Assembly: GCA_965248755.1 (NCBI GenBank)
Contig: OZ252149.1
Coordinates: forward strand, 3,424,001 to 3,488,000
Direction: 5' to 3'
From: Candidatus Latescibacterota bacterium
Lineage (GTDB): Bacteria > Latescibacterota > CBDEFO01
Length of the DNA: 64,000 nucleotides
How positions within the stretch are numbered: position 1 is the first letter of the stretch; the number at the start of each line of letters is the position of its first letter. The notes under the pieces were generated by a model. That model was not told where the DNA came from, made no database searches, and saw only the letters and a program-made list of their open reading frames with translations. The translations under genes were made by a program, and so were the position numbers. Positions 28,110 through 39,600 of the stretch are shown one piece after another.

Positions 28110-29228
28110 ATGTTAAATAGAATAGCGCCGTTTGTTCTATTTGTTCTCTTGATTGGTACACAGAACTCCGTCTCAGCGCAGGTCAGAATAAAGGACATAG
28201 CCGAGATAAAGGGATTTAAAGATCTCCATCTTATCGGGTATGGAATAGTAGTCGGTCTCAACGGCACAGGAGACGGACAAAGAACCATCTTTACCAAACA
28301 GTCCGTCGTAAACATGCTCAAAAGATTCAGTATAAACGTGCCTCAGGACAAAGTGAGGTCGGGGTTAGATAACGTAGCTTCGGTGATAGTAACTGCTAAG
28401 CTTTCGCCCTTTACAAAGGAAGGGAGTACGTTCGACGTTGTCGTTTCCTCCTTAGGGGACGCCACGAGCCTGGAGGGCGGCACTCTTCTTTTGACGCCGC
28501 TAACGGGATCTGGTGGACTATTCTACGGCAACGCCCAAGGATCGATATCCGTCGGGGCCTTCAGCGTTGAGACCGAGGGTGGAAGCAGCATCCGAAAGAA
28601 CCATCCGCTCGTCGGCCGGGTCCCCAACGGAGCGATGTTAGAGAGCGACCTTCCATTTGTGTTGTCTCCCAATGAGAGTCTGGAAATTGTGCTCAGACTG
28701 CCCGATTTTACCACGTCGTTGCGCACTGCAGAAGCCATAGACGATAGATTTGGAAATACAATAGCCCAGGCTCAAGATCCGGCCACGATACTTGTCGCTG
28801 TTCCCGGTGAATATCAACAGCCCGGTAGATTCGTGGAATTCATAGCCACCATCGAAGCTGTGAATATAACGCCTGACGTGGTCGCAAGAGTCGTAATAAA
28901 CGAAAGGACAGGGACCATTGCTGTCGGGAAAAACGTAAAAATATCCACAGTCGCTGTCTCGCACGGGAATATTACCATAGAGATCAGTGCGCAGCCCATA
29001 ATCTCCCAGCCCCCTCCGTTCTCGGCGGGAGAGACTATCGTTGAGCGCGAGACACAGGCATCCGTCACCACCGAAATAGCCGAAATGAGAATCATAGAGG
29101 AGACCGCAGACGTCAGCGACGTGGCAAAAGCCCTTAACGCCCTGGGGGTTACTCCCAGGGATATAATATCCATCTTCCAGGCGCTTAAAGAGGCCGGAGC
29201 CCTTAATGCCCAACTTGTGATAATGTAA
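28110..29228 (+). CDS. flgI: Flagellar P-ring protein FlgI
   Basis: RIKDIA, GYGIVVGLNGTGD, VINERTGT, LKEAGAL. Confidence 0.97.
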   Translation: MLNRIAPFVLFVLLIGTQNSVSAQVRIKDIAEIKGFKDLHLIGYGIVVGLNGTGDGQRTIFTKQSVVNMLKRFSINVPQDKVRSGLDNVASVIVTAKLSPFTKEGSTFDVVVSSLGDATSLEGGTLLLTPLTGSGGLFYGNAQGSISVGAFSVETEGGSSIRKNHPLVGRVPNGAMLESDLPFVLSPNESLEIVLRLPDFTTSLRTAEAIDDRFGNTIAQAQDPATILVAVPGEYQQPGRFVEFIATIEAVNITPDVVARVVINERTGTIAVGKNVKISTVAVSHGNITIEISAQPIISQPPPFSAGETIVERETQASVTTEIAEMRIIEETADVSDVAKALNALGVTPRDIISIFQALKEAGALNAQLVIM

Positions 29229-29248
29229 AGTATGGAAACCTAAACGCT

Positions 29249-29605
29249 ATGCCTTTTATCCCGATTTCAGATACAACGTCCACTTTCAAGCCCATATCGC
29301 GCTCTGTTCAAAGAGACGCACCTCAAAAAGCCGATGCAGACGATTTGAAGCTTCAGAAAATCTCAAAGGACTTCGAGTCTATATTCGTCTTCTATCTGCT
29401 TGAGACTATGAATTCAACAGTGCTTGAATCAGATCCGCTGGAAAAAGGTTCGGAAGGGGACTACTTTAGATCATCTCTTAATCAGGAGATAGCCAAACAA
29501 ATTTCCCATAGAGGGGACATCGGACTCTGGAAGATGATCTACAATGATCTTAAAGGAAAGGTAGAGGCGCAGAACGAATCCAAGGAGACAGAAGATCAAA
29601 ATTAG
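29249..29605 (+). CDS. flgJ: FlgJ, rod-binding domain only
   Basis: KDFESIFV...IAKQIS...GDIGLWKMIY; no muramidase domain. Confidence 0.85.
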   Translation: MPFIPISDTTSTFKPISRSVQRDAPQKADADDLKLQKISKDFESIFVFYLLETMNSTVLESDPLEKGSEGDYFRSSLNQEIAKQISHRGDIGLWKMIYNDLKGKVEAQNESKETEDQN

Positions 29606-29789
29606 AAAATTAACAAAGCTACCCTTCCCATCTTTGTATGCCCCCAACTGTTTGCTGTCGATTGGTCAAGGCTTACTTCAACTGTGAAAAAGACTAACAA
29701 AAATGAGGAGAACAAAAGACAAACCATACCGCTCCCCTTGACAGAGCGACAAATATTTCGCAAATTGGGGTTTGAGAAGGGAGGTCAAG

Positions 29790-30101
29790 GTGTCGAGCCC
29801 CGAAGTGAAAGATGGTAAGCGCTGGACGGCGACCCGTAAGGGAGAGATTGTGTTGGCTCTTTTGAGAGGAGCAGATCTATCTGAGGTGTGTCGTAAGAAT
29901 GGAATTAGCCAGTCGCAGGCGTATGCTTGGCGTGATAGTTTCTTAGAAGGGGGCCAGGAGAGTCTGAAGTCTCGGCGTGGTCGCAAGGATCCGAAGGAGC
30001 GAGAGGTTAGCCGGTTGGAGCGCAAGGTAGGGCAGTTGACGCTCCAGTTGGAGATACTCGAAGAGGTAGCCCGTCTAAAAAAAACGAAGCGGTTGCCTTG
30101 A
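29790..30101 (+). CDS. IS3 transposase OrfA
   Basis: Translation identical to copy 1. Confidence 0.9.
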   Translation: MSSPEVKDGKRWTATRKGEIVLALLRGADLSEVCRKNGISQSQAYAWRDSFLEGGQESLKSRRGRKDPKEREVSRLERKVGQLTLQLEILEEVARLKKTKRLP

Positions 30102-30961
30102 GTGGGCGGTTTTTGGGTCGAGGCTATTCCCGCAAGGTGGTAGCTTTGGCTTTGGGTTTGCATCGTTCGACTCTGTATAGGTTTAGGGATAGAGGTGTCA
30201 GTTCTTCTGTTAAAGAGCCTGTGATAGATGAGGAGCTTGCTTTTCGTATTCGAGGGATACTGGACCAAGAAGAGGCATTTGGTCACAGGCGGGTTTGGGC
30301 GCATCTTCGTTTCAAGGAAGGGGAATGTGTCAACGTTAAGAAGGTTCATAGGATAATGAAGCTTAAGGGGTGGCAGTGTAAGCTGTGGAATCGTCCCGGG
30401 AGAAAGGGGCCACAGGTTGCCCAGAAGCGTTCTGTGGTGGATAGTCCCGACAGTTTGTGGTCGAGTGACTTGACAAAGATTTACTGTGGAAAAGATGGTT
30501 GGTGTCCTCTTATTGCGGTGGTGGACAACGGAAGCCGGGAGGTTCCTGGGTATCGTTTTAGTCGAAAAGGGAGGGCACTGGAGGCCACAGATGCCCTGGA
30601 TCGGGCCGTGATCTCTCGATACACTTCCAAGGAGGCTGTCCCCCAGGGTCTCACTTTGCGCTCTGACAATGGTTCCATCTTTTTGGCTCGGGCCTATTTG
30701 GCCAGTACCGAATATTGGGGAATTCGTCAGGAATACATACCAAGTGGTAAACCCGATTGGAACGGTGTTGTAGAGCGTTTTTTCAGGACCCTCAAGCAAG
30801 AGTGTGTTTGGCTTCACAAGTTTGAATCCTTTGAACAGGCTGAGAAGATCATATCTCAGTGGATCGATAATTACAACAAGAACAGGCTTCATTCATCCCT
30901 GGGATATAAGACCCCAAAAGAGTGGAGAAAACAATTTTATCTACTACCCCAGGTTGCTTAA
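30098..30961 (+). CDS. IS3 transposase OrfB
   Basis: Translation identical to copy 1. Confidence 0.95.
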   Translation: MSGRFLGRGYSRKVVALALGLHRSTLYRFRDRGVSSSVKEPVIDEELAFRIRGILDQEEAFGHRRVWAHLRFKEGECVNVKKVHRIMKLKGWQCKLWNRPGRKGPQVAQKRSVVDSPDSLWSSDLTKIYCGKDGWCPLIAVVDNGSREVPGYRFSRKGRALEATDALDRAVISRYTSKEAVPQGLTLRSDNGSIFLARAYLASTEYWGIRQEYIPSGKPDWNGVVERFFRTLKQECVWLHKFESFEQAEKIISQWIDNYNKNRLHSSLGYKTPKEWRKQFYLLPQVA

Positions 30962-31612
30962 TTGGTGTCGCTTTCCTGGGAAGCAGTACAAAACGGAGGC
31001 TCTTGAAACGGGCATTCCGCAAAGAGCAGCGGACGTTCTGCTGACCAATGAAAGGGGCCAGGATAAGGATTTAAGCTCTGTCCTTTCCGATCTTTGTGAA
31101 CTCATTGAAAGGGAAATAGAGGCCTTCAACTGGCTAATGTCGCTGCTTAAAGAACAAAAAAGGATAATCGGCGACGGAGAATTAGAAGGCTTCAAAGAAA
31201 ATCTGATGAGGCAGGAAGAGACTATCGCCAAGGCCCGATTCCTCAAGCAGGACAGGATAAACAAGATGAAGACTATTGCCCTAAAGTTGAGCATTCCTTC
31301 TGAAGGATTAACGATGATAAAGCTTATCCAGTCGGTACAGGAACAGTACTCATCAAGATTGAAGGAGCTGAGAGATACCCTGATAACCCTTGCGGGAAGA
31401 ATCAACTGGGTGACCAAAGACAACAGGTATCTGATAGAACGATCTCTAAATACTGTGGATAAGAACCTAAAGATCATAGTCGGAGCTGCAGAGAAAAATC
31501 ATCTCTACCTTAAGCAGAACGGCCCCAAGGGCTCCATCCGATCGGAAAGCTCGGTCAAGAGGATACTCGATCTTACATTCTAAAGACCTCAACAAAAGAG
31601 GAGAAGTCAGTC

Positions 31613-32995
31613 ATGTCTGGCATATTGGGAATCATGGAAATAGGGAGAAGAGCGTTGAATGCTCAGCAGGTAGCTTTGAATACTACGGGTCACAACATTG
31701 CCAACGCGAATACAGAAGGATTCACACGGCAGGAGGCCGTTTTAAAGTCAGCCCAGCCCTTAAAACTCTTATTTGGGCACGTAGGCACAGGCGTTGATGT
31801 AACCGAAATCAGACGTTTCAGAGATCAGTTTATAGATTCTCAGATAAGAGAGGAAAAAAGGGGTCTTGGGAGTGCAACTTACAAACGGACAGGTTTTGAG
31901 GAGATAGAGACCATACTCAACGAACCTTCCGAATCGGGGTTGAGGAGCATGCTTGCACGCTTTTTCAACAGCTTCCAAGAGTTAGCTAATAATCCAGAGA
32001 GCACGGCAGTCCGAAATACTGTCAGAGATCAAGCAAATGTCTTAGCCTCGGCCTTCAATCAATCGGACAAGCAGCTAAGAGAACTCCAGGAAAGCTTCAA
32101 CAACGACCTGGAGCTTAAAGTCGGTCAGATAAATTCCATCTTAAAGCAGATAGCCAACCTCAACAACCAGATTGCCTCTGTAAAAGGAGAAGCGTCTAAC
32201 GACTTCCTGGATAAAAGAGATCTCCTTGTAGACCAGTTCAATGAACTTGCCGAAGTAACCATCTTTGAGGAGGAAAATGGCATCATTACGGTTTCCATAA
32301 AAGGCATAACTCTAATCTCAGGTGAGCAGGTGTTTGAACTGGAGACCAAGCCCTTTTTGTCGGGCAGCTCTAGCGTTCTCAAAGTAATCCGTAAAGATGA
32401 AGGGGACGATGTGGAGATAACGGAAGGGAAGATTGCGGGACTCCTGGAGATGAGAGATGAGATAGTCCCGAAATACAGGGGCTTTCTAGATCAATTAGCC
32501 TCTGCTCTTATTGAGGAGGTAAACACCATCCATCAAAGCGGCTTTGGACTCAGCGGTTCATCCGGGGTTATTCCTTCGAACAATAAATTTTTCTCCGGCA
32601 CAGGAGCCTCCGACATCACGCTTGATCCGGATATAGTGGAGAACACCAATAACATGGCCGCATCATCGGACGGCTCACCGGGCGACAACGGTGTCGCCTT
32701 GGCAATAGCCCAACTGTCCAGAGAGCTGATCCTGGATAACAACACAGAGACAATAGGGGATTTCTACAACTCCGTAATCGGAACCTTGGGAATCGAGGTC
32801 CAGGAGATAAACAACCTTGCTGAAAACCAGGAACTCCTCATCACAAGGCTTGAAAACATCAGACAGTCGATATCAGGAGTATCGCTGGACGAAGAATTGA
32901 CGAATCTGATCGAATTCCAGCACGCATACCAGGCAGCCGCAAGGCTTATAACACTGGCTCGTGACATGATGGATACTGTTCTGCAAATGGTCTAA
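31613..32995 (+). CDS. flgK: Hook-associated protein FlgK
   Basis: TGHNIANANTEGFTRQ, SGVSLDEE, QHAYQAAAR. Confidence 0.97.
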   Translation: MSGILGIMEIGRRALNAQQVALNTTGHNIANANTEGFTRQEAVLKSAQPLKLLFGHVGTGVDVTEIRRFRDQFIDSQIREEKRGLGSATYKRTGFEEIETILNEPSESGLRSMLARFFNSFQELANNPESTAVRNTVRDQANVLASAFNQSDKQLRELQESFNNDLELKVGQINSILKQIANLNNQIASVKGEASNDFLDKRDLLVDQFNELAEVTIFEEENGIITVSIKGITLISGEQVFELETKPFLSGSSSVLKVIRKDEGDDVEITEGKIAGLLEMRDEIVPKYRGFLDQLASALIEEVNTIHQSGFGLSGSSGVIPSNNKFFSGTGASDITLDPDIVENTNNMAASSDGSPGDNGVALAIAQLSRELILDNNTETIGDFYNSVIGTLGIEVQEINNLAENQELLITRLENIRQSISGVSLDEELTNLIEFQHAYQAAARLITLARDMMDTVLQMV

Positions 32996-33017
32996 CTCAT
33001 AGCGAAAGATTAGAAAA

Positions 33018-34145
33018 ATGCGTATCACAAATGACGTACTAAAATCCACGATTCTTAGGAATGTGGACCTGAGCAGAAAAAGAATGATGGAAAGCCAGAC
33101 CCAGATAGCTACTTCTAAGAAGATAAACAAGCCCTCAGATGATCCCATCGGAATCGCAAAGGCGCTGGCTTTAAGGACCTCTTTAGATGATATTGAACAG
33201 TTCAGAAAGAATCTTACCGACGGAGTCAATTTTCTGACCGCTACCGAGTCCGCCCTCACCGCTATAAATGATATGCTGGGTGAACTCAACTCCCTGACGA
33301 TCAGAGGTGCGGACGACTCCCTGGGGGAAAAGGGCCGCAGATCGCTGGCGTCCCAGGTGGATAATTTTATAGATCAGTTAGTCACAGTTTCTAATACCCG
33401 ATTCAAAGGCAGTTCCATATTCGGCGGGACACAGACAGATACGCCCCCCTACACGGCGTCTAAAGAGATCACTGATGAAACCTTCACTGCTTCTTTGGAT
33501 ACTCCAGTCCTCCTTGCCCACCCGAGAATTGATGAAGACCCTCAAGACCCTGTCGTGGTTACTGATTCTACAGGTACTGTCACCTTCATACCGGAAGTTG
33601 ACTACACGATAGACTACGAAAATGGCACTATAACGGCTCTTTCCAGCGGGGCACTGACAAACGGGGTGGAGTACAAAATCAGCTATCGCACAGTTCGAAC
33701 GAGCGCCGTCATCGAAAATCCTGAGGACATAACGGGAAGTGTAAACCGAGAAATAGAAGAAGGGGTCGTGGTGCCCGTCAACGTATCCGGAAGAGAGGTA
33801 TTCTCGAAAGATGTGGACATCTTCGGATCTTTAATCCAACTGCGAGATGCTTTAGAGAGAGGTGACACAGCGACTATAAGTAGTTCTATAGACAAGATAG
33901 ACTCCAGCCTGGATCAGGTATTAGGAGTGCTTGGAGACGTGGGTGCCAGAATCAACAGGCTGAACTTTACAGACCAGCGGCTCGAAGACGAAATTCTCCG
34001 TACAAGCTTCACGTTATCTAAGATCGAAGACACTAACATAGCCGAAGCCATACTCAACTTCGAGACTGAGAAGAGCGCTCTTGAAGCAGCGTTGGCCGCA
34101 GGGGCCAGGATAATACAGCCGAGCCTTATAAACTTTCTCAGGTAA
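33018..34145 (+). CDS. flgL: Hook-associated protein FlgL
   Basis: MRITN, KKINKPSDDP, VGARINR, QPSLINFLR. Confidence 0.96.
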   Translation: MRITNDVLKSTILRNVDLSRKRMMESQTQIATSKKINKPSDDPIGIAKALALRTSLDDIEQFRKNLTDGVNFLTATESALTAINDMLGELNSLTIRGADDSLGEKGRRSLASQVDNFIDQLVTVSNTRFKGSSIFGGTQTDTPPYTASKEITDETFTASLDTPVLLAHPRIDEDPQDPVVVTDSTGTVTFIPEVDYTIDYENGTITALSSGALTNGVEYKISYRTVRTSAVIENPEDITGSVNREIEEGVVVPVNVSGREVFSKDVDIFGSLIQLRDALERGDTATISSSIDKIDSSLDQVLGVLGDVGARINRLNFTDQRLEDEILRTSFTLSKIEDTNIAEAILNFETEKSALEAALAAGARIIQPSLINFLR

Positions 34146-34173
34146 AATAGTAATCACAAAGGCGGATTAAGCT

Positions 34174-34677
34174 ATGAGCAAAGGAAACAAGATTTCCCTT
34201 TCCACTTTACAGTTTGGAGAGATTTCCTTCGATAAGGACATAATAATCCACTTCCCCTCGGGGATTGTAGGGTTTGAGGATATGAAAAGGCACATCATCA
34301 TAGACGCGGAGGACTGCAAGCCGTTCAAGTGGCTCCTTTCGGTGGATGATCCCGACGTGGGTTTTGCCATCATTGACGCTTCCTATCTGTACCCGAAGTA
34401 TCAGCTAAATCTCGCTCCAGAGGATGCGCAGGGATGGCTCAAGGACTCCAGAGTAGAGGACCTTGCCAGTTATCTTGTGGTAACTTTGAGAGAGAACATA
34501 GAAGATGCTACGGTTAATCTGAAAGCTCCGGTCATTATAGATGTAGAAAGAGGAGTGGGAGGTCAGATAATCTTGACATCGGAGGATTATCCCATAGACT
34601 ACCCTATATTCAGGGAGGAAAACGTAGTATACCAGGAGGGTGATATGTATGCTGGTTCTGACCAGGAAAATAGGTGA
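34174..34677 (+). CDS. fliW: Flagellar assembly factor FliW
   Basis: [25 protein letters not shown]. Confidence 0.95.
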   Translation: MSKGNKISLSTLQFGEISFDKDIIIHFPSGIVGFEDMKRHIIIDAEDCKPFKWLLSVDDPDVGFAIIDASYLYPKYQLNLAPEDAQGWLKDSRVEDLASYLVVTLRENIEDATVNLKAPVIIDVERGVGGQIILTSEDYPIDYPIFREENVVYQEGDMYAGSDQENR

Positions 34678-34933
34678 GTCCATTATGATTGGCCATAACG
34701 TAAAGGTGATGGTCGTAAACTCTGAGGGTGGACAGGTGCGCTTGGGGATAGAGGCCCCTCCAGAAGTCGTTGTGCATCGTGAGGAGATATACAGAATGAT
34801 TCAAAAGGAAAATGTGATGGCATCAGCCCCTAAGACAGACGAGATAAAAAAGATCGCTCAGGCTCTAAGAGATAAAAAGGGCTCAACCCAAGACCGGGAG
34901 AACAGCTATGTCAAGAAAGTCGTCAGAAAATAG
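34649..34933 (+). CDS. csrA: Carbon storage regulator CsrA
   Basis: [15 protein letters not shown]...VRLGIEAP...HREEIY; AGGAGG SD. Confidence 0.97.
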   Translation: MLVLTRKIGESIMIGHNVKVMVVNSEGGQVRLGIEAPPEVVVHREEIYRMIQKENVMASAPKTDEIKKIAQALRDKKGSTQDRENSYVKKVVRK

Positions 34934-35475
34934 AGATCAATCCAAAGACCAAATAGGTGGTGTGACCACTCCTGATAGATTCGAGATTCTCAAGGAAGAA
35001 GTTGAAAAGGCCCCCCAATCGCTTGAGACAAACAGGAACCTCGCCAACTACTTGATGGAAAGCAGCAGAGAGGACGAGGCAGAGCAGTACCTGGAGGTGA
35101 TGCTAAAGTTGGACCCCGGTTGTGCCGAGGCGCACAACGCCCTCGGGATGATATGCTCCAACAGGGACCAGGTAGAGAGTGCTGAACGTCATTTTATGAA
35201 GGCCTTAATGTTCGATTTCGGACTTACCGAAGCCCACTTCAATTTAGCGTCGTTCTATTACGGTCAAGGCAAGTACAAAGAGGCTCTTTCCTACTATAAA
35301 GAAGTTATCACAGCGGATCCTAACGACTACAGGACGTACTGCTTTATGGGAGAATGCGCCCTAAGGTGCAACATGGAAAGCGAGGCCGAAGCTTTCTTTT
35401 TGGAAGCTGTCATACCGCTCCCCTTGACAGAGCGACAAATATTTCGCAAATTGGGGTTTGAGAAGGGAGGTCAAG

Positions 35476-35787
35476 GTGTCGAGCCCCGAAGTGAAAGATG
35501 GTAAGCGCTGGACGGCGACCCGTAAGGGAGAGATTGTGTTGGCTCTTTTGAGAGGAGCAGATCTATCTGAGGTGTGTCGTAAGAATGGAATTAGCCAGTC
35601 GCAGGCGTATGCTTGGCGTGATAGTTTCTTAGAAGGGGGCCAGGAGAGTCTGAAGTCTCGGCGTGGTCGCAAGGATCCGAAGGAGCGAGAGGTTAGCCGG
35701 TTGGAGCGCAAGGTAGGGCAGTTGACGCTCCAGTTGGAGATACTCGAAGAGGTAGCCCGTCTAAAAAAAACGAAGCGGTTGCCTTGA
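35476..35787 (+). CDS. IS3 transposase OrfA
   Basis: Translation identical to copy 1. Confidence 0.9.
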   Translation: MSSPEVKDGKRWTATRKGEIVLALLRGADLSEVCRKNGISQSQAYAWRDSFLEGGQESLKSRRGRKDPKEREVSRLERKVGQLTLQLEILEEVARLKKTKRLP

Positions 35788-36647
35788 GTGGGCGGTTTTT
35801 GGGTCGAGGCTATTCCCGCAAGGTGGTAGCTTTGGCTTTGGGTTTGCATCGTTCGACTCTGTATAGGTTTAGGGATAGAGGTGTCAGTTCTTCTGTTAAA
35901 GAGCCTGTGATAGATGAGGAGCTTGCTTTTCGTATTCGAGGGATACTGGACCAAGAAGAGGCATTTGGTCACAGGCGGGTTTGGGCGCATCTTCGTTTCA
36001 AGGAAGGGGAATGTGTCAACGTTAAGAAGGTTCATAGGATAATGAAGCTTAAGGGGTGGCAGTGTAAGCTGTGGAATCGTCCCGGGAGAAAGGGGCCACA
36101 GGTTGCCCAGAAGCGTTCTGTGGTGGATAGTCCCGACAGTTTGTGGTCGAGTGACTTGACAAAGATTTACTGTGGAAAAGATGGTTGGTGTCCTCTTATT
36201 GCGGTGGTGGACAACGGAAGCCGGGAGGTTCCTGGGTATCGTTTTAGTCGAAAAGGGAGGGCACTGGAGGCCACAGATGCCCTGGATCGGGCCGTGATCT
36301 CTCGATACACTTCCAAGGAGGCTGTCCCCCAGGGTCTCACTTTGCGCTCTGACAATGGTTCCATCTTTTTGGCTCGGGCCTATTTGGCCAGTACCGAATA
36401 TTGGGGAATTCGTCAGGAATACATACCAAGTGGTAAACCCGATTGGAACGGTGTTGTAGAGCGTTTTTTCAGGACCCTCAAGCAAGAGTGTGTTTGGCTT
36501 CACAAGTTTGAATCCTTTGAACAGGCTGAGAAGATCATATCTCAGTGGATCGATAATTACAACAAGAACAGGCTTCATTCATCCCTGGGATATAAGACCC
36601 CAAAAGAGTGGAGAAAACAATTTTATCTACTACCCCAGGTTGCTTAA
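35784..36647 (+). CDS. IS3 transposase OrfB
   Basis: Translation identical to copy 1. Confidence 0.95.
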   Translation: MSGRFLGRGYSRKVVALALGLHRSTLYRFRDRGVSSSVKEPVIDEELAFRIRGILDQEEAFGHRRVWAHLRFKEGECVNVKKVHRIMKLKGWQCKLWNRPGRKGPQVAQKRSVVDSPDSLWSSDLTKIYCGKDGWCPLIAVVDNGSREVPGYRFSRKGRALEATDALDRAVISRYTSKEAVPQGLTLRSDNGSIFLARAYLASTEYWGIRQEYIPSGKPDWNGVVERFFRTLKQECVWLHKFESFEQAEKIISQWIDNYNKNRLHSSLGYKTPKEWRKQFYLLPQVA

Positions 36648-39600
36648 TTGGTGTCGCTTTCCTGGGAAGCAGTACACTGTTAGCCTCAAGCCCGACTTTG
36701 TGGAAGCCGCTCTGTTACTATCGGACATGCTTTTGGAGCAAAAGCGATTGCCTGAGGTGCAGGAACGGCTTGCGGAACTTGTGAAGTTCTATCCTGATAT
36801 GGCGGAAGTTCAGCTTGCGCTCGGACTCGTTCTGAAAGAACAAGAAAAGTATGAAGAGGCTCTTAGTCACTTGAGAGAGGCCGTGCTTTGTGACTCAGAC
36901 GATCCCGACGTCTACAACGCTTTGGGAGAATGCTGTGTCAAGATCCAGGCCTACGACCAAGCTGAAAGCTTCTACGCCCAGGCTTTAAGGCTCCGTCCCG
37001 ATTTCGACCTTGCCATGGCTAACCTGGGAGAACTCTACTATGACCGGAGCGACTTCCATAGTGCCCTTTTGGTCTTTGAACAGCTCAAGATACTTTCTCC
37101 AGACGACCCCGAGATCGCCGCTTTGATCAAAGAATGTCTCTCAAAAAAAGGAGCCGAAATACTCATAGTGCAGGAAGAGGGCATAGGAAATATGGTCATG
37201 TTGACCCCTGCCATCAGAGCCATTAAGGAGAACCTCCCCAACTGCAACGTAACCGTGCTCGGAAAATATCCATCCTTGGAGGTAATCGAGGGCTGGGAGC
37301 TCGTTGACAAAACCATTACAGAGTTTGACGACAGAGTATATGACTACGTCTTTTTCACTATATGGTCTCTCAATACCAAGAGACAGTTCGGGGATGCCAT
37401 AACTTCAAAGTGCCGAAACATAGTGGAAATAAACTACAATGACCCTTCCACTCACGAGGTGGGCTATCACCTTGAGATATCCAGGCATTTAGGCTATCAC
37501 ACAGAGAATCCCTCCACATACTGTGCCATCGAGGATGTGGAGTTGGAGTTGCCCGACGATGCCACCGTCGTGGGGATATGCGACACCACGCGTTTGGGAC
37601 CCTGGGAGAGAAAGAGATGGCCCTATTATAAAGACCTCGCCCGGATGTTAGTGGACGACGGATACGCGGTCGTACTGATCGGTGGTCCTCAAGAAGCTGA
37701 GAGATTCAAGAAAGAAGAGTGGCCCGAAGAAGTCATAAACTGCCTCGGTAAATATAGGGTGGCCCAGACTGCGGGAATACTAAACAAATGCGACATCGTA
37801 ATAGCCAATGACAGCGGCCCTGCCCATATAGCCGCTGCCCTCGGCACGAAGACCTATACGCTCTTTGGACCCACCAGAGTGACCAAGAACCAGCCGATAG
37901 GTCCTCAGGTTCAGGTTCTAACCAAAAATCTCCCGTGCAGCCCCTGTCAGTACACGACCGGATGGGACGAATGTTCCGACTGGCAGTGCATGAGTCAAAT
38001 CAGCCCGCAAGAGGTCATGCAAGCCATCAAGGATGGAAGATCAGCTTTTCCTTCTGAGGTCTTTGATTCCAGCGCTGCAGTGGATACTCCATTTGAAGAA
38101 GCTGCACCTGAGCATATGTCTGTTGCGGACCCTGAACCGGTCGAAAGTAGACAGCAAACAGTAAACAGTAGACAGGGCACTTCCTCCCCTCCCTCCGGCG
38201 GATTGTCCCTTATCTCCAAGGACTACTCCGACTGCCGCGTAGTCCGGGAGGATAACATCACGTACGTAGAGAGAGACGGTTTTCGAGAGCAGCTTAAGGT
38301 TCACCTTGTCGGAGCCAGATGGGCTAACTTCCCCTGGGGAATGGAAAATGAGGTCTTCCGCTCGTTTGAGAAGATGGGATGCGAGGTCTTCGACACCGAC
38401 TACAGGCTCCAGGCGGATAACCTGGACGAGCTGTTCTTAAGAGAGGCGCATCTTACGCTTGTATTCAAAGGCAGTGGCATCCAGCCTGAACTTATAGAGG
38501 AACTTAAATGTCCCTCAATACTATGGTATCAGGACGATATATTCACCACCGGCCATGGCAGGAGGGATATCGCCTACTCGGGTTCTGCATACGACAGGGT
38601 CTATACCTTTGACAAGAGCGCGATAGAGGAATACAAAAATTACGGCATTAAAGATGTAAGGTGGCTTCCGCTTTGTATGAGTCCGGCTGTGCATAAGAAG
38701 ATGTACATACCGAAAGTCCACGACGTCTCCTTCGTCGGGAATATATATCCCAACAGGGAAAGATTGATATCGCGGCTCAGGGAGAGGTTCGACGTCTTCG
38801 TAACGAAGGCCTATATGGACGAGATGGTCAAGGTTTTCAACGAATCCAAGATCGTCCTGAACCTCGGCATAGGCAACACTGGAATACAGTCCAGAGTCTT
38901 TGAAGCCCTCGGCTGTGGAAGTTTCCTTTTGACCAACGAAATACAGCAAGACGCCAGGCTCTTCAAGGATAGAAAACACCTTGTCTATTTCAACGAGTCG
39001 GACATTGAAGAAGCCGTAGCGTACTACCTAGAAAACGAAGAGGAGCGTGAGCAGATAGCGCTGCATGGTTACCTGGAGGCGAACCGCGCCCATACCTACG
39101 ACCACAGGGTCGAGGCTGTCTTGAAAGACCTCTTCCCACTGATTCCAGACAGAAGCAGTCGGGGCCAAGATAGCCAAGAGGATCGGGACAAGAAAAGCTC
39201 GATTCCAATCATTAGCCCCTCAGAGGAGGAATTGACTCCTAAGAGGCGTCTCTTAGTCTTCTGGCACGGAATCGGAGACAACATAATGGCCACTCCTTCC
39301 CTGCGCGCCCTCAAGGAAAAATATCCCGATGATTCCCTGGGTTTTATGTATCTAAAGAGGATAGACAAAGACGGTCTATTCGACGAGAATCCCTACATAG
39401 ACGCCACGTATACGTGCAGCGACGCTTGGGACGATTACGCCGATTACGAAACCGGAGTCAAGGCTATTTTGGAGGAGGCCAGGCAAGTCGCAGAGAAAGA
39501 GGGCTACGACGAGATTTTGCCTGTGACCCTTCGCTCTTGCTCTCTGGAAAATCACAGGATTTATCGTATAGCGCACGAACTCGGTGTTGAGCTATCGAAC

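Larger units (their letters stand above)
29725..30990 (+). mobile_element. IS3-family insertion sequence, copy 2 (1266 bp)
   Basis: Same ends and ORFs as copy 1; TSD AAAC. Confidence 0.97.
29684..31583 (+). pseudogene. flgN: FlgN export chaperone, interrupted near its 5' end by IS copy 2
   Basis: Removing the IS and one TSD gives an open frame GTG(29684)-KKTNKNEENKRQTEALETG...LLKEQ...NRYLIERSL; lies upstream of flgK. Confidence 0.75.
35411..36676 (+). mobile_element. IS3-family insertion sequence, copy 3 (1266 bp)
   Basis: TSD CTGT; same ends and ORFs. Confidence 0.97.

Noticed and set aside
36490..36676. N-terminus MFGFTSLNPL... of the 1886-aa and 259-aa track ORFs
   Set aside because: This is IS-derived sequence in an alternative frame, not the native start of those genes.
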